64,000 nt of DNA, from the NCBI GenBank assembly GCA_053919585.1, contig CM132820.1; one strand, written 5' to 3'. The DNA comes from Euprymna scolopes (taxonomy: Eukaryota). The notes beneath the pieces are model-generated. The model made no database searches, was not told the origin of the DNA, and worked only from the letters and a program-made list of their open reading frames with translations. This document shows, in pieces, positions 1 through 15,000 of this stretch (positions are counted from its first letter, which is position 1; every line of letters starts with the position of its first letter). Position numbers and translations under genes: made by a program.

Positions 1-3000
1 TGGTTAGGTGGTGATGCATACCTAAGAAATTGTTAGGTGCTGATGCATACCTAAGAAATGGTTAGGTGGTGATGCATACCTAAGAAATGGTTAGGTGGTG
101 ATGCATACCTAGGAAATTGTTAGGTGGTGATGCATACCTAAGAAATTGTTAGGTGGCGATGCATACCTAAGAAATTGTTAGGTGGTGATGCATACCTAAG
201 AAATGGTTAGGTGGTGCCACATACCTAAGAAATGGTTAGGTGGTGATGCATACCTAAGAAATTGTTAGGTGGTGATGAATACCTAAGAAATGGTTAGGTG
301 GTGATGCATACCTAAGAAATGGTTAGGTGGTGATGCATACCTAAGAAATGGTTAGGTGGTGCCACATACCTAAGAAATGGTTAGGTGGTGATGCATACGT
401 AAGAAATGGTTAGGTGGTGCCACATACCTAAGAAATGGTTAGGTGGTGATGCATACATAAGAAATTGTTAGGTGGTGCCACATACCCAAGAAATGGTTAG
501 GTGGTGATGCATACCTAAGAAATGGTTAGGTGGTGATGCATACCTAAGAAATTGTTAGGTGGTGATGCATACCTAAGAAATGGTTAGGTGGTGATGCATA
601 CCTAAGAAATTGTTAGGTGGTGATGCATACCTAAGAAATGGTTAGGTGGTGATGCATACCTAAGAAATGGTTAGGTGGTGATGCATACCTAAGAAATGGT
701 TAGGTGGTGATGCATACCTAAGAAATGGTTAGGTGGTGATGCATACGTAAGAAATGGTTAGGTGGTGCCACATACCTAAGAAATGGTTAGGTGGTGATGC
801 ATACATAAGAAATTGTTAGGTGGTGCATCATACCTAAGAAATGGTTAGGTGGTGATGCATACCTAAGAAATGGTTAGGTGGTGATGCATACCTAAGAAAT
901 TGTTAGGTGGTGATGCATACCTAAGAAATGGTTAGGTGGTGCCACATACCTAAGAAATGGTTAGGTGGTGATGCATACGTAAGAAATGGTTAGGTGGTGC
1001 CACATACCTAAGAAATGGTTAGGTGGTGATGCATACATAAGAAATTGTTAGGTGGTGCCACATACCCAAGAAATGGTTAGGTGGTGATGCATACCTAAGA
1101 AATGGTTAGGTGGTGATGCATACCTAAGAAATGGTTAGGTGGTGCCACATACCTAAGAAATGGTTAGGTGGTGATGCATACGTAAGAAATGGTTAGGTGG
1201 TGCCACATACCTAAGAAATGGTTAGGTGGTGATGCATACATAAGAAATTGTTAGGTGGTGCCACATACCCAAGAAATGGTTAGGTGGTGATGCATACCTA
1301 AGAAATGGTTAGGTGGTGATGCATACCTAAGAAATTGTTAGGTGGTGATGCATACCTAAGAAATGGTTAGGTGGTGATGCATACCTAAGAAATTGTTAGG
1401 TGGTGATGCATACCTAAGAAATGGTTAGGTGGTGATGCATACCTAAGAAATGGTTAGGTGGTGATGCATACCTAAGAAATGGTTAGGTGGTGATGCATAC
1501 CTAAGAAATGGTTAGGTGGTGATGCATACCTAAGAAATGGTTAGGTGGTGATGCATGCCTAAGAAATTGTTAGGTGGTGATGCATACCTAAGAAATGGTT
1601 AGGTGGTGCCACATACCTAAGAAATGGTTAGGTGGTGATGCATACCTAAGAAATGGTTAGGTGGTGATGCATACCTAAGAAATTGTTAGGTGGTGATGCA
1701 TACCTAAGAAATGGTTAGGTGGTGCCACATACCTAAGAAATGGTTAGGTGGTGATGCATACGTAAGAAATGGTTAGGTGGTGCCACATACCTAAGAAATG
1801 GTTAGGTGGTGATGCATACATAAGAAATTGTTAGGTGGTGCCACATACCTAAGAAATGGTTAGGTGGTGATGCATACCTAAGAAATTGTTAGGTGGTGAT
1901 GCATACCTAAGAAATGGTTAGGTGGTGATGCATACCTAAGAAATTGTTAGGTGGTGATGCATACCTAAGAAATGGTTAGGTGGTGATGCATACCTAAGAA
2001 ATGGTTAGGTGGTGATGCATACCTAAGAAATTGTTAGGTGGTGATGCATACCTAAGAAATGGTTAGGTGGTGCCACATACCTAAGAAATGGTTAGGTGGT
2101 GATGCATACCTAAGAAATGGTTAGGTGGTGATGCATACCTAAGAAATTGTTAGGTGGTGATACATACCTAAGAAATGGTTAGGTGGTGCCACATACCTAA
2201 GAAATGGTTAGGTGGTGATGCATACGCAAGAAATGGTTAGGTGGTGCCACATACCTAAGAAATGGTTAGGTGGTGATGCATACATAAGAAATTGTTAGGT
2301 GGTGCCACATACCTAAGAAATGGTTAGGTGGTGATGCATACCTAAGAAATTGTTAGGTGGTGATGCATACCTAAGAAATGGTTAGGTGGTGATGCATACC
2401 AAAGAAATTGTTAGGTGGTGATGCATACCTAAGAAATGGTTAGGTCGTGATGCATACCTAAGAAATGGTTAGGTGGTGATGCATAGCTAAGAAATTGTTA
2501 GGTGGTGATGCATACGTAACAAATTGTTAGGTGGTGCCACATACCTAAGAAATTGTTAGGTGGTGATGCATACCTAAGAAATGGTTAGGTGGTGCCACAT
2601 ACCTAAGAAATGGTTAGGTGGTGATGCATACCTAAGAAATGGTTAGGTGGTGATGCATACCTAAGAAATTGTTAGGTGGTGATGCATACCTAAGAAATGG
2701 TTAGGTGGTGCCACATACCTAAGAAATGGTTAGGTGGTGATGCATACGTAAGAAATGGTTAGGTGGTGCCACATACCTAAGAAATGGTTAGGTGGTGATG
2801 CATACATAAGAAATTGTTAGGTGGTGCCACATACCTAAGAAATGGTTAGGTGGTGATGCATACCTAAGAAATTGTTAGGTGGTGATGCATACCTAAGAAA
2901 TGGTTAGGTGGTGATGCATACCTAAGAAATTGTTAGGTGGTGATGCATACCTAAGAAATGGTTAGGTGGTGATGCATACCTAAGAAATGGTTAGGTGGTG

Positions 3001-6000
3001 ATGCATACCTAAGAAATTGTTAGGTGGTGATGCATACCTAAGAAATGGTTAGGTGGTGCCACATACCTAAGAAATGGTTAGGTGGTGATGCATACCTAAG
3101 AAATGGTTAGGTGGTGATGCATACCTAAGAAATTGTTAGGTGGTGATACATACCTAAGAAATGGTTAGGTGGTGCCACATACCTAAGAAATGGTTAGGTG
3201 GTGATGCATACGCAAGAAATGGTTAGGTGGTGCCACATACCTAAGAAATGGTTAGGTGGTGATGCATACATAAGAAATTGTTAGGTGGTGCCACATACCT
3301 AAGAAATGGTTAGGTGGTGATGCATACCTAAGAAATTGTTAGGTGGTGATGCATACCTAAGAAATGGTTAGGTGGTGATGCATACCTAAGAAATTGTTAG
3401 GTGGTGATGCATACCTAAGAAATGGTTAGGTCGTGATGCATACCTAAGAAATGGTTAGGTGGTGATGCATAGCTAAGAAATTGTTAGGTGGTGATGCATA
3501 CCTAAGAAATGGTTAGGTGGTGGCACATACCTAAGAAATGGTTAGGTGGTGATGCATACGTAAGAAATGGTTAGGTGGTGCCACATACCTAAGAAATGGT
3601 TAGGTGGTGATGCATACCTAAGAAATTGTTAGGTGGTGATGCATACCTAAGAAATTGTTAGGTGGTGATGCATACCTAAGAAATGGTTAGGTGGTGATGC
3701 ATACCTAAGAAATGGTTAGGTGGTGATGCATACCTAAGAAATTGTTAGGTGGTGATGCATACCTAAGAAATGGTTAGGTGGTGATGCATACCTAAGAAAT
3801 TGTTAGGTGGTGATGCATACCTAAGAAATGGTTAGGTGGTGATGCATACCTAAGAAATTGTTAGGTGCTGATGCATACCTAAGAAATGGTTAGGTGGTGA
3901 TGCATACCTAAGAAATGGTTAGGTGGTGATGCATACCTAGGAAATTGTTAGGTGGTGATGCATACCTAAGAAATTGTTAGGTGGCGATGCATACCTAAGA
4001 AATTGTTAGGTGGTGATGCATACCTAAGAAATGGTTAGGTGGTGCCACATACCTAAGAAATGGTTAGGTGGTGATGCATACCTAAGAAATTGTTAGGTGG
4101 TGATGAATACCTAAGAAATGGTTAGGTGGTGATGCATACCTAAGAAATGGTTAGGTGGTGATGCATACCTAAGAAATGGTTAGGTGGTGCCACATACCTA
4201 AGAAATGGTTAGGTGGTGATGCATACGTAAGAAATGGTTAGGTGGTGCCACATACCTAAGAAATGGTTAGGTGGTGATGCATACATAAGAAATTGTTAGG
4301 TGGTGCCACATACCCAAGAAATGGTTAGGTGGTGATGCATACCTAAGAAATGGTTAGGTGGTGATGCATACCTAAGAAATTGTTAGGTGGTGATGCATAC
4401 CTAAGAAATGGTTAGGTGGTGATGCATACCTAAGAAATTGTTAGGTGGTGATGCATACCTAAGAAATGGTTAGGTGGTGATGCATACCTAAGAAATGGTT
4501 AGGTGGTGATGCATACCTAAGAAATGGTTAGGTGGTGCCACATACCTAAGAAATGGTTAGGTGGTGATGCATACGTAAGAAATGGTTAGGTGGTGCCACA
4601 TACCTAAGAAATGGTTAGGTGGTGATGCATACATAAGAAATTGTTAGGTGGTGCATCATACCTAAGAAATGGTTAGGTGGTGATGCATACCTAAGAAATG
4701 GTTAGGTGGTGATGCATACCTAAGAAATTGTTAGGTGGTGATGCATACCTAAGAAATTGTTAGGTGGTGATGCATACCTAGGAAATGGTTAGGTGGTGAT
4801 GCATACCTAAGAAATTGTTAGGTGGTGATGCATACCTAAGAAATGGTTAGGTGGTGATGCATACCTAAGAAATGGTTAGGTGGTGATGCATACCTAAGAA
4901 ATGGTTAGGTGGTGCCACATACCTAAGAAATGGTTAGGTGGTGATGCATACGTAAGAAATGGTTAGGTGGTGCCACATACCTAAGAAATGGTTAGGTGGT
5001 GATGCATACATAAGAAATTGTTAGATGGTGCCACATACCTAAGAAATGGTTAGGTGGTGATGCATACCTAAGAAATTGTTAGGTGGTGATGCATACGTAA
5101 GAAATTGTTAGGTGGTGATGCATACCTAAGAAATTGTTAGGTGGTGATGCATACGTAAGAAATTGTTAGGTGGTGATGCATACCTAAGAAATTGTTAGGT
5201 GGTGATGCATACCTAAGCAATTGTTAGGTGGTGATGCATACAAAAGAAATTGTTAGGTGGTGCCACATACCTAAGAAATGGTTAGGTGGTGATGCATACC
5301 TAAGAAATGGTTAGGTGGTGATGCATACCTAAGAAATGGTTAGGTGGTGCCACATACCTAAGAAATGGTTAGGTGGTGATGCATACATAAGAAATTGTTA
5401 GGTGGTGCCACATACCTAAGAAATGGTTAGGTGGTGATGCATACCTAAGAAACGGTTAGGTGGTGATGCATACCTAAGAAATGGTTAGGTGGTGATGCAT
5501 ACGTAAGAAATGGTTAGGTGGTGCCACATACCTAAGAAATGGTTAGGTGGTGATGCATACATAAGAAATGGTTAGGTGGTGATGCATACATAAGAAATTG
5601 TTAGGTGGTGATGCATACGTAAGAAATGGTTAGGTGGTGATGCATACGTAAGAAATGGTTAGGTGGTGCCACATACCTAAGAAATGGTTAGGTGGTGATG
5701 CATATGTAAGAAATAGTTAGGTGGTGCCACATACCTAAGAAATGGTTAGGTGGTGATGCATACCTAAGAAATGGTTAGGTGGTGATGCATACCTAAGAAA
5801 TGGTTAGGTGGTGATGCATACCTAAGAAATGGTTAGGTGGTGCCACATACCTAAGAAATGGTTAAGTGGTGCCACATACCTAAGAAATGGTTAGGTGGTG
5901 ATGCATACCTAAGAAATGGTTAGGTGGTCATGCATACGTAAGAAATGGTTAGGTGGTGCCACATACCTAAGAAATGGTAAGGTGGTGATGCATACATAAG

Positions 6001-9000
6001 AAATTGTTAGGTGGTGCCACATACCTAAGAAATGGTTAGGTGGTGATGCATACCTAAGAAATGGTTAGGTGGTGATGCATACCTAAGAAATGGTTAGGTG
6101 GTGATGCATACCTAAGAAATTGTTAGGTGGTGATGCATGCGTAAGAAATGGTTAGGTGGTGATGCATACGTAAGAAATTGTTAGGTGGTGCCACATACCT
6201 AAGAAATGGTTAGGTGGTGAGGCATACCTTAGAAATGGTTAGGTGGTGATGCATACGTAAGAAATGGTTAGGTGGTGATGCATACCTAAGAAATGGTTAG
6301 GTGGTGCCACATACCTAAGAAATGGTTAGGTGGTGCCACATACCTAAGAAATGGTTAGGTGGTGCCACATACCTAAGAAATGGTTAGGTGGTGATGCATA
6401 CCTAAGAAATGGTTAGGTGGTGATGCATACGTAAGAAATGGTTAGGTGGTGCCACATACCTAAGAAATGGTTAGGTGGTGCCACATACCTAAGAAATGGT
6501 TAGGTGGTGCCACATACCTAAGAAATGGTTAGGTGGTGATGCATACCTAAGAAATGGTTAGGTGGTGATGCATACCTAAGAAATTGTTAGGTGGTGATGC
6601 ATACCTAAGAAATTGTTAGGTGGTGATGCATACATAAGAAATGGTTAGGTGGTGATGCATACCTAAGAAATTGTTAGGTGGTGATGCATACCTAAGAAAT
6701 TGTTAGGTGGTGATGCATACCTAAGAAATTGTTAGGTGGTGATGCATACCTAAGAAATGGTTAGGTGGTGATGCATACCTAAGAAATGGTTAGGTGGTGA
6801 TGCATACCAAAGAAATGGTTAGGTGGTTATGCATACCTAAGAAACGGTTAGGTGGTGATGCATACCTAAGAAAGGGTTAGGTGGTGATGCATACCTAAGA
6901 AATGGTTAGGTGGTGATGCATACCTAAGAAATGGTTAGGTGGTGATGCATACCTAAGAAATGGTTAGGTGGTGATGCATACCTAAGAAATGGTTAGCTGG
7001 TGATGCATACGTAACAAATTGTTAGGTGGTGATGCATACGTAAGAAATGGTTAGGTGGTGATGCATACCTAAGAAATTGTTAGGTGGTGATGCATACCTA
7101 AGAAATGGTTAGGTGGTGATGCATACCTAAGAAATGGTTAGGTGGTGATGCATACGTAAGAAATGGTTAGGTGGTGATGCATACCTAAGAAATGGTTAGG
7201 TGGTGATGCATACATAAGAAATGGTTAGGTGGTGATGCATACCTAAGAAATGGTTAGGTGGTGATGCATACCTAAGAAATTTTTAGGTGGTGATGCATAC
7301 CTAAGAAATGGTTAGGTGGTGATGCATACGTAAGAAATGGTTAGGTGGTGATGCATACCTAAGAAATGGTTAGGTGGTGATGCATACCTAAGAAATGGTT
7401 AGGTGGTGCCACATACCTAAGAAATGGTTAGGTGGTGATGCATACGTAAGAAATGGTTAGGTGGTGCCAAATACCTAAGAAATGGTTAGGTGGTGATGCA
7501 TACCTAAGAAATTGTTAGGTGGTGATGCATACCTAAGAAATTGTTAGGTGGTGATGCATACCTAAGAAATTGTTAGGTGGTGATGCATACCTAAGAAATG
7601 GTTAGGTGGTGATGCATACCTAAGAAATGGTTAGGTGGTGATGCATACCTAAGAAATTGTTAGGTGGTGATGCATACCTAAGAAATGGTTAGGTGGTGAT
7701 GCATACCTAAGAAATTGTTAGGTGGTGATGCATACCTAAGAAATGGTTAGGTGGTGATGCATACCTAAGAAATTGTTAGGTGCTGATGCATACCTAAGAA
7801 ATGGTTAGGTGGTGATGCATACCTTAAAATGGTTAGGTGGTGATGCATACCTAGGAAATTGTTAGGTGGTGATGCATACCTAAGAAATTGTTAGGTGGTG
7901 ATGCATACCTAAGAAATTGTTAGGTGGTGATGCATACCTAAGAAATGGTTAGGTGGTGCCACATACCTAAGAAATGGTTAGGTGGTGATGCATACCTAAG
8001 AAATTGTTAGGTGGTGATGAATACCTAAGAAATGGTTAGGTGGTGATGCATACCTAAGAAATTGTTAGGTGGTGATGCATACCTAAGAAATGGTTAGGTG
8101 GTGCCACATACCTAAGAAATGGTTAGGTGGTGATGCATACGTAAGAAATGGTTAGGTGGTGCCACATACCTAAGAAATGGTTAGGTGGTGATGCATACAT
8201 AAGAAATGGTTAGGTGGTGATGCATACCTAAGAAATTGTTAGGTGGTGATGCATACCTAAGAAATGGTTAGGTGGTGATGCATACCTAAGAAATTGTTAG
8301 GTGGTGATGCATACCTAAGAAATGGTTAGGTGGTGATGCATACCTAAGAAATGGTTAGGTGGTGATGCATACCTAAGAAATTGTTAGGTGGTGCCACATA
8401 CCTAAGAAATGGTTAGGTGGTGATGCATACGTAAGAAATGGTTAGGTGGTGCCACATACCTAAGAAATGGTTAGGTGGTGATGCATACATAAGAAATTGT
8501 TAGGTGGTGCCACATACCTAAGAAATGGTTAGGTGGTGATGCATACCTAAGAAATGGTTAGGTGGTGATGCATACCTAAGAAATTGTTAGGTGGTGATGC
8601 ATACCTAAGAAATTGTTAGGTGGTGATGCATACCTAAGAAATGGTTAGGTGGTGATGCATACCTAAGAAATTGTTAGGTGGTGATGCATACCTAAGAAAT
8701 TGTTAGGTGGTGATGCATACCTAAGAAATTGTTAGGTGGTGATGCATACCTAAGAAATGGTTAGGTGGTGATGCATACCTAAGAAATGGTTAGGTGGTGA
8801 CACATACCTAAGAAATGGTTAGGTGGTGATGCATACCTAAGAAATGGTTAGGTGGTGCCACATACCTAAGAAATGGTTAGGTGGTGATGCATACATAAGA
8901 AATTGTTAGATGGTGCCACATACCTAAGAAATGGTTAGGTGGTGATGCATACCTAAGAAATGGTTAGGTGGTGATGCATACGTAAGAAATTGTTAGGTAG

Positions 9001-12000
9001 TGATGCATACGTAAGAAATGGTTAGGTGGTGATGCATACGTAAGAAATGGTTAGGTTGTGATGCATACCTAAGAAATTGTTAGGTGGTGATGCATACGTA
9101 AGAAATGGTTAGGTGGTGATGCATACCTAAGAAATTGTTAGGTGGTGATGCATACGTAAGAAATTGTTAGGTGGTGATGCATACCTAAGAAATTGTAAGG
9201 TGGTGATGCATACCTAAGCAATTGTTAGGTGGTGATGCATACAAAAGAAATTGTTAGGTGGTGCCACATACCTAAGAAATGGTTAGGTGGTGATGCATAC
9301 CTAAGAAATGGTTAGGTGGTGATGCATACCTAAGAAATGGTTAGGTGGTGCCACATACCTAAGAAATGGTTAGGTGGTGATGCATACATAAGAAATTGTT
9401 AGGTGGTGCCACATACCTAAGAAATGGTTAGGTGGTGATGCATACCTAAGAAACGGTTAGGTGGTGATGCATACCTAAGAAATTGTTAGGTGGTGATGCA
9501 TACGTAAGAAATGGTTAGGTGGTGCCACATACCTAAGAAATGGTTAGGTGGTGATGCATACATAAGAAATGGTTAGGTGGTGATGCATACATAAGAAATT
9601 GTTAGGTGGTGATGCATACGTAAGAAATGGTTAGGTGGTGATGCATACGTAAGAAATGGTTAGGTGGTGCCACATACCTAAGAAATGGTTAGGTGGTGAT
9701 GCATACGTAAGAAATAGTTAGGTGGTGCCACATACCTAAGAAATGGTTAGGTGGTGATGCATACCTAAGAAATGGTTAGGTGGTGATGCATACCTAAGAA
9801 ATGGTTAGGTGGTGATGCATACCTAAGAAATGTTTAGGTGGTGATGCATACCTAAGAAATGGTTAGGTGGTGCCACATACCTAAGAAATGGTTAGGTGGT
9901 GCCACATACCTAAGAAATGGTTAGGTGGTGATGCATACCTAAGAAATGGTTAGGTGGTCATGCATACGTAAGAAATGGTTAGGTGGTGCCACATACCTAA
10001 GAAATGGTAAGGTGGTGATGCATACATAAGAAATTGTTAGGTGGTGCCACATACCTAAGAAATGGTTAGGTGGTGATGCATACCTAAGAAATGGTTAGGT
10101 GGTGATGCATACCTAAGAAATGGTTAGGTGGTGATGCATACCTAAGAAATTGTTAGGTGGTGATGCATGCGTAAGAAATGGTTAGGTGGTGATGCATACG
10201 TAAGAAATTGTTAGGTGGTGCCACATACCTAAGAAATGGTTAGGTGGTGAGGCCTACCTTAGAAATGGTTAGGTGGTGATGCATACGTAAGAAATGGTTA
10301 GGTGGTGATGCATACCTAAGAAATGGTTAGGTGGTGCCACATACCTAAGAAATGGTTAGGTGGTGATGCATACCTAAGAAATGGTTAGGTGGTGATGCAT
10401 ACGTAAGAAATGGTTAGGTGGTGCCACATACCTAAGAAATGGTTAGGTGGTGCCACATACCTAAGAAATGGTTAGGTGGTGCCACATACCTAAGAAATGG
10501 TTAGGTGGTGATGCATACCTAAGAAATGGTTAGGTGGTGATGCATACCTAAGAAATGGTTAGGTGGTGATGCATACCTAAGAAATGGTAAGGTGGTGATG
10601 CATACCTAAGAAATTGTTAGGTGGTGATGCATACCTAAGAAATTGTTAGGTTGTGATGCATACATAAGAAATGGTTAGGTGGTGATGCATACCTAAGAAA
10701 TTGTTAGGTGGTGATGCATACCTAAGAAATTGTTAGGTGGTGATGCATACCTAAGAAATTGTTAGGTGGTGATGCATACCTAAGAAATGGTTAGGTGGTG
10801 ATGCATACCTAAGAAATGGTTAGGTGGTGATGCATACCTAAGAAATTGTTAGGTGGTGATGCATACCTAAGAAATTGTTAGGTGGTGATGCATACATAAG
10901 AAATTGTTAGGTGGTGATGCATACCTAAGAAATTGTTAGGTAGTGATGCATACCTAAGAAATGGTTAGGTGGTGATGCATACATAAGAAATTGTTAGGTG
11001 GTGATGCATACCTAAGAAATGGTTAGGTGGTGATGCATACCTAAGAAATTGTTAGGTGGTGATGCATACCTAAGAAATGGTTAGGTGGTGATGCATACCT
11101 AAGAAATGGTTAGGTGGTGATGCATACCTAAGAAATGGTTAGGTGGTGATGCATACCTAAGAAATGGTTAGGTGGTGATGCATACCTAAGAAATGGTTAG
11201 GTGGTTATGCATACCTAAGAAATGGTTAGGTGGTGATGCATACCTAAGAAAGGGTTAGGTGGTGATGCATACCTAAGAAATGGTTAGGTGGTGATGCATA
11301 CCTAAGAAATGGTTAGGTGGTGATGCATACCTAAGAAATGGTTAGGTGGTGATGCATACCTAAGAAATGGTTAGCTGGTGATGCATACGTAACAAATTGT
11401 TAGGTGGTGATGCATACGTAAGAAATGGTTAGGTGGTGATGCATACCTAAGAAATTGTTAGGTGGTGATGCATACCTAAGAAATGGTTAGGTGGTGATGC
11501 ATACCTAAGAAATGGTTAGGTGGTGATGCATACGTAAGAAATAGTTAGGTGGTGATGCATACCTAAGAAATGGTTAGGTGGTGATGCATACCTAAGAAAT
11601 TGTTAGGTGGTGATGCATACCTAAGAAATGGTTAGGTGGTGATGCATACGTAAGAAATTTTTAGGTGGTGATGCATACCTAAGAAATGGTTAGGTGGTGA
11701 TGCATACGTAAGAAATGGTTAGGTGGTGATGCATACCTAAGAAATGGTTAGGTGGTGATGCATACCTAAGAAATGGTTAGGTGGTGATGCATACCTAAGA
11801 AATGGTTAGGTGGTGATGCATACCTAAGAAATGGTTAGGTGGTGATGCATACGTAAGAAATGGTTAGGTGGTGATGCATACGTAAGAAATGGTTAGGTGG
11901 TGATGCATACCTAAGAAATGGTTAGGTGGTGATGCATACCTAAGAAATGGTTAGGTGGTGATGCATACGTAAGAAATGGTTAGGTGGTGATGCATACCTT

Positions 12001-15000
12001 AGAAATGGTTAGGTGGTGATGCATACCTAAGAAATGGTTAGGTGGTGATGCATACCTAAGAAATGGTTAGGTGGTGATGCATACCTAAGAAATGGTTAGG
12101 TGGTGATGCATACGTAACAAATTGTTAGGTGGTGATGCATACCTAAGAAATGGTTAGGTGGTGATGCATACCTAAGAAATTGTTAGGTGGTGATGCATAC
12201 CTAAGAAATGGTTAGGTGGTGATGCATACCTAAGAAATGGTTAGGTGGTGATGCATACCTAAGAAATGGTTAGGTGGTGATGCATACCTAAGAAATTGTT
12301 AGGTGGTGATGCATACCTAAGAAATGGTAAGGTGGTGATGCATACGTAAGAAATTTTTAGGTGGTGATGCATACCTAAGAAATGGTTAGGTGGTGATGCA
12401 TACGTAAGAAATTGTTAGGTGGTGATGCATACCTTAGAAATGGTTAGGTGGTGATGCATACCTAAGAAATGGTTAGGTGGTGATGCATACCTAAGAAATT
12501 GTTAGGTGGTGATGCATACCTAAGAAATTGTTAGGTGGTGATGCATACATAAGAAATTGTTAGGTGGTGATGCATACCTAAGAAATTGTTAGGTGGTGAT
12601 GCATACCTAAGAAATGGTTAGGTGGTGATGCATACATAAGAAATTGTTAGGTGGTGATGCATACCTAAGAAATGGTTAGGTGGTGATGCATACCTAAGAA
12701 ATTGTTAGGTGGTGATGCATACCTAAGAAATGGTTAGGTGGTGATGCATACCTAAGAAATGGTTAGGTGGTGATGCATACCTAAGAAATGGTTAGGTGGT
12801 GATGCATACCTAAGAAATGGTTAGGTGGTGATGCATACCTAAGAAATGGTTAGGTGGTTATGCATACCTAAGAAATGGTTAGGTGGTGATGCATACCTAA
12901 GAAAGGGTTAGGTGGTGATGCATACCTAAGAAATGGTTAGGTGGTGATGCATACCTAAGAAATGGTTAGGTGGTGATGCATACCTAAGAAATGGTTAGGT
13001 GGTGATGCATACCTAAGAAATGGTTAGCTGGTGATGCATACGTAACAAATTGTTAGGTGGTGATGCATACGTAAGAAATGGTTAGGTGGTGATGCATACC
13101 TAAGAAATTGTTAGGTGGTGATGCATACCTAAGAAATGGTTAGGTGGTGATGCATACCTAAGAAATGGTTAGGTGGTGATGCATACCTAAGAAATGGTTA
13201 GGTGGTGATGCATACGTAAGAAATGGTTAGGTGGTGATGCATACCTAAGAAATGGTTAGGTGGTGATGCATACGTAAGAAATTTTTAGGTGGTGATGCAT
13301 ACCTAAGAAATGGTTAGGTGGTGATGCATACGTAAGAAATGGTTAGGTGGTGATGCATACCTAAGAAATGGTTAGGTGGTGATGCATACCTAAGAAATGG
13401 TTAGGTGGTGATGCATACCTAAGAAATGGTTAGGTGGTGATGCATACGTAAGAAATGGTTAGGTGGTGATGCATACGTAAGAAATGGTTAGGTGGTGATG
13501 CATACCTAAGAAATGGTTAGGTGGTGATGCATACCTAAGAAATGGTTAGGTGGTGATGCATACGTAAGAAATGGTTAGGTGGTGATGCATACCTTAGAAA
13601 TGGTTAGGTGGTGATGCATACCTAAGAAATGGTTAGGTGGTGATGCATACCTAAGAAATGGTTAGGTGGTGATGCATACCTAAGAAATGGTTAGGTGGTG
13701 ATGCATACCTAAGAAATGGTTAGGTGGTGATGCATACGTAACAAATTGTTAGGTGGTGATGCATACCTAAGAAATGGTTAGGTGGTGATGCATACCTAAG
13801 AAATTGTTAGGTGGTGATGCATACCTAAGAAATGGTTAGGTGGTGATGCATACCTAAGAAATGGTTAGGTGGTGATGCATACCTAAGAAATGGTTAGGTG
13901 GTGATGCATACCTAAGAAAGTGTTAGGTGGTGATGCATACCGAAGAAATGGTTAGGTGGTGATGCATACGTAAGAAATTTTTAGGTGGTGATGCATACCT
14001 AAGAAATGGTTAGGTGGTGATGCATACGTAAGAAATTGTTAGGTGGTGATGCATACCTAAGAAATGGTTAGGTGGTGATGCATACCTAAGAAATGGTTAG
14101 GTGGTGATGCATACCTTAGAAATTGTTAGGTGGTGATGCATACCTAAGAAATTGTTAGGTGGTGATGCATACCTAAGAAATGGTTAGGTGGTGATGCATA
14201 CGTAAGAAATTGTTAGGTGGTGATGCATACGTGAGAAATGGTTAGGTGGTGATGCATACCTAAGAAATTGTTAGGTGGTGATGCATACCTAAGAAATGGT
14301 TAGGTGGTGATGCATACCTAAGAAATGGTTAGGTGGTGATGCATACGTAAGAAATGGTTAGGTGGTGATGCATACCTAAGAAATGGTTAGGTGGTGATGC
14401 ATACCTAAGAAATTGTTAGGTGGTGATGCATACCTAAGAAATGGTTAGGTGGTGATGCATACCTAAGAAATGGTTAGGTGGTGATGCATACCTAAGAAAT
14501 GGTTAGGTGGTGATGCATACCTAAGAAATGGTTAGGTGGTGATGCATACCTAAGAAATGGTTAGGTGGTTATGCATACCTAAGAAATGGTTAGGTGGTGA
14601 TGCATACCTAAGAAAGGGTTAGGTGGTGATGCATACCTAAGAAATGGTTAGGTGGTGATGCATACCTAAGAAATGGTTAGGTGGTGATGCATACCTAAGA
14701 AATGGTTAGGTGGTGATGCATACCTAAGAAATGGTTAGCTGGTGATGCATACGTAACAAATTGTTAGGTGGTGATGCATACGTAAGAAATGGTTAGGTGG
14801 TGATGCATACCTAAGAAATTGTTAGGTGGTGATGCATACCTAAGAAATGGTTAGGTGGTGATGCATACCTAAGAAATGGTTAGGTGGTGATGCATACGTA
14901 AGAAATGGTTAGGTGGTGATGCATACGTAAGAAATGGTTAGGTGGTGATGCATACCTAAGAAATGGTTAGGTGGTGATGCATACGTAAGAAATTTTTAGG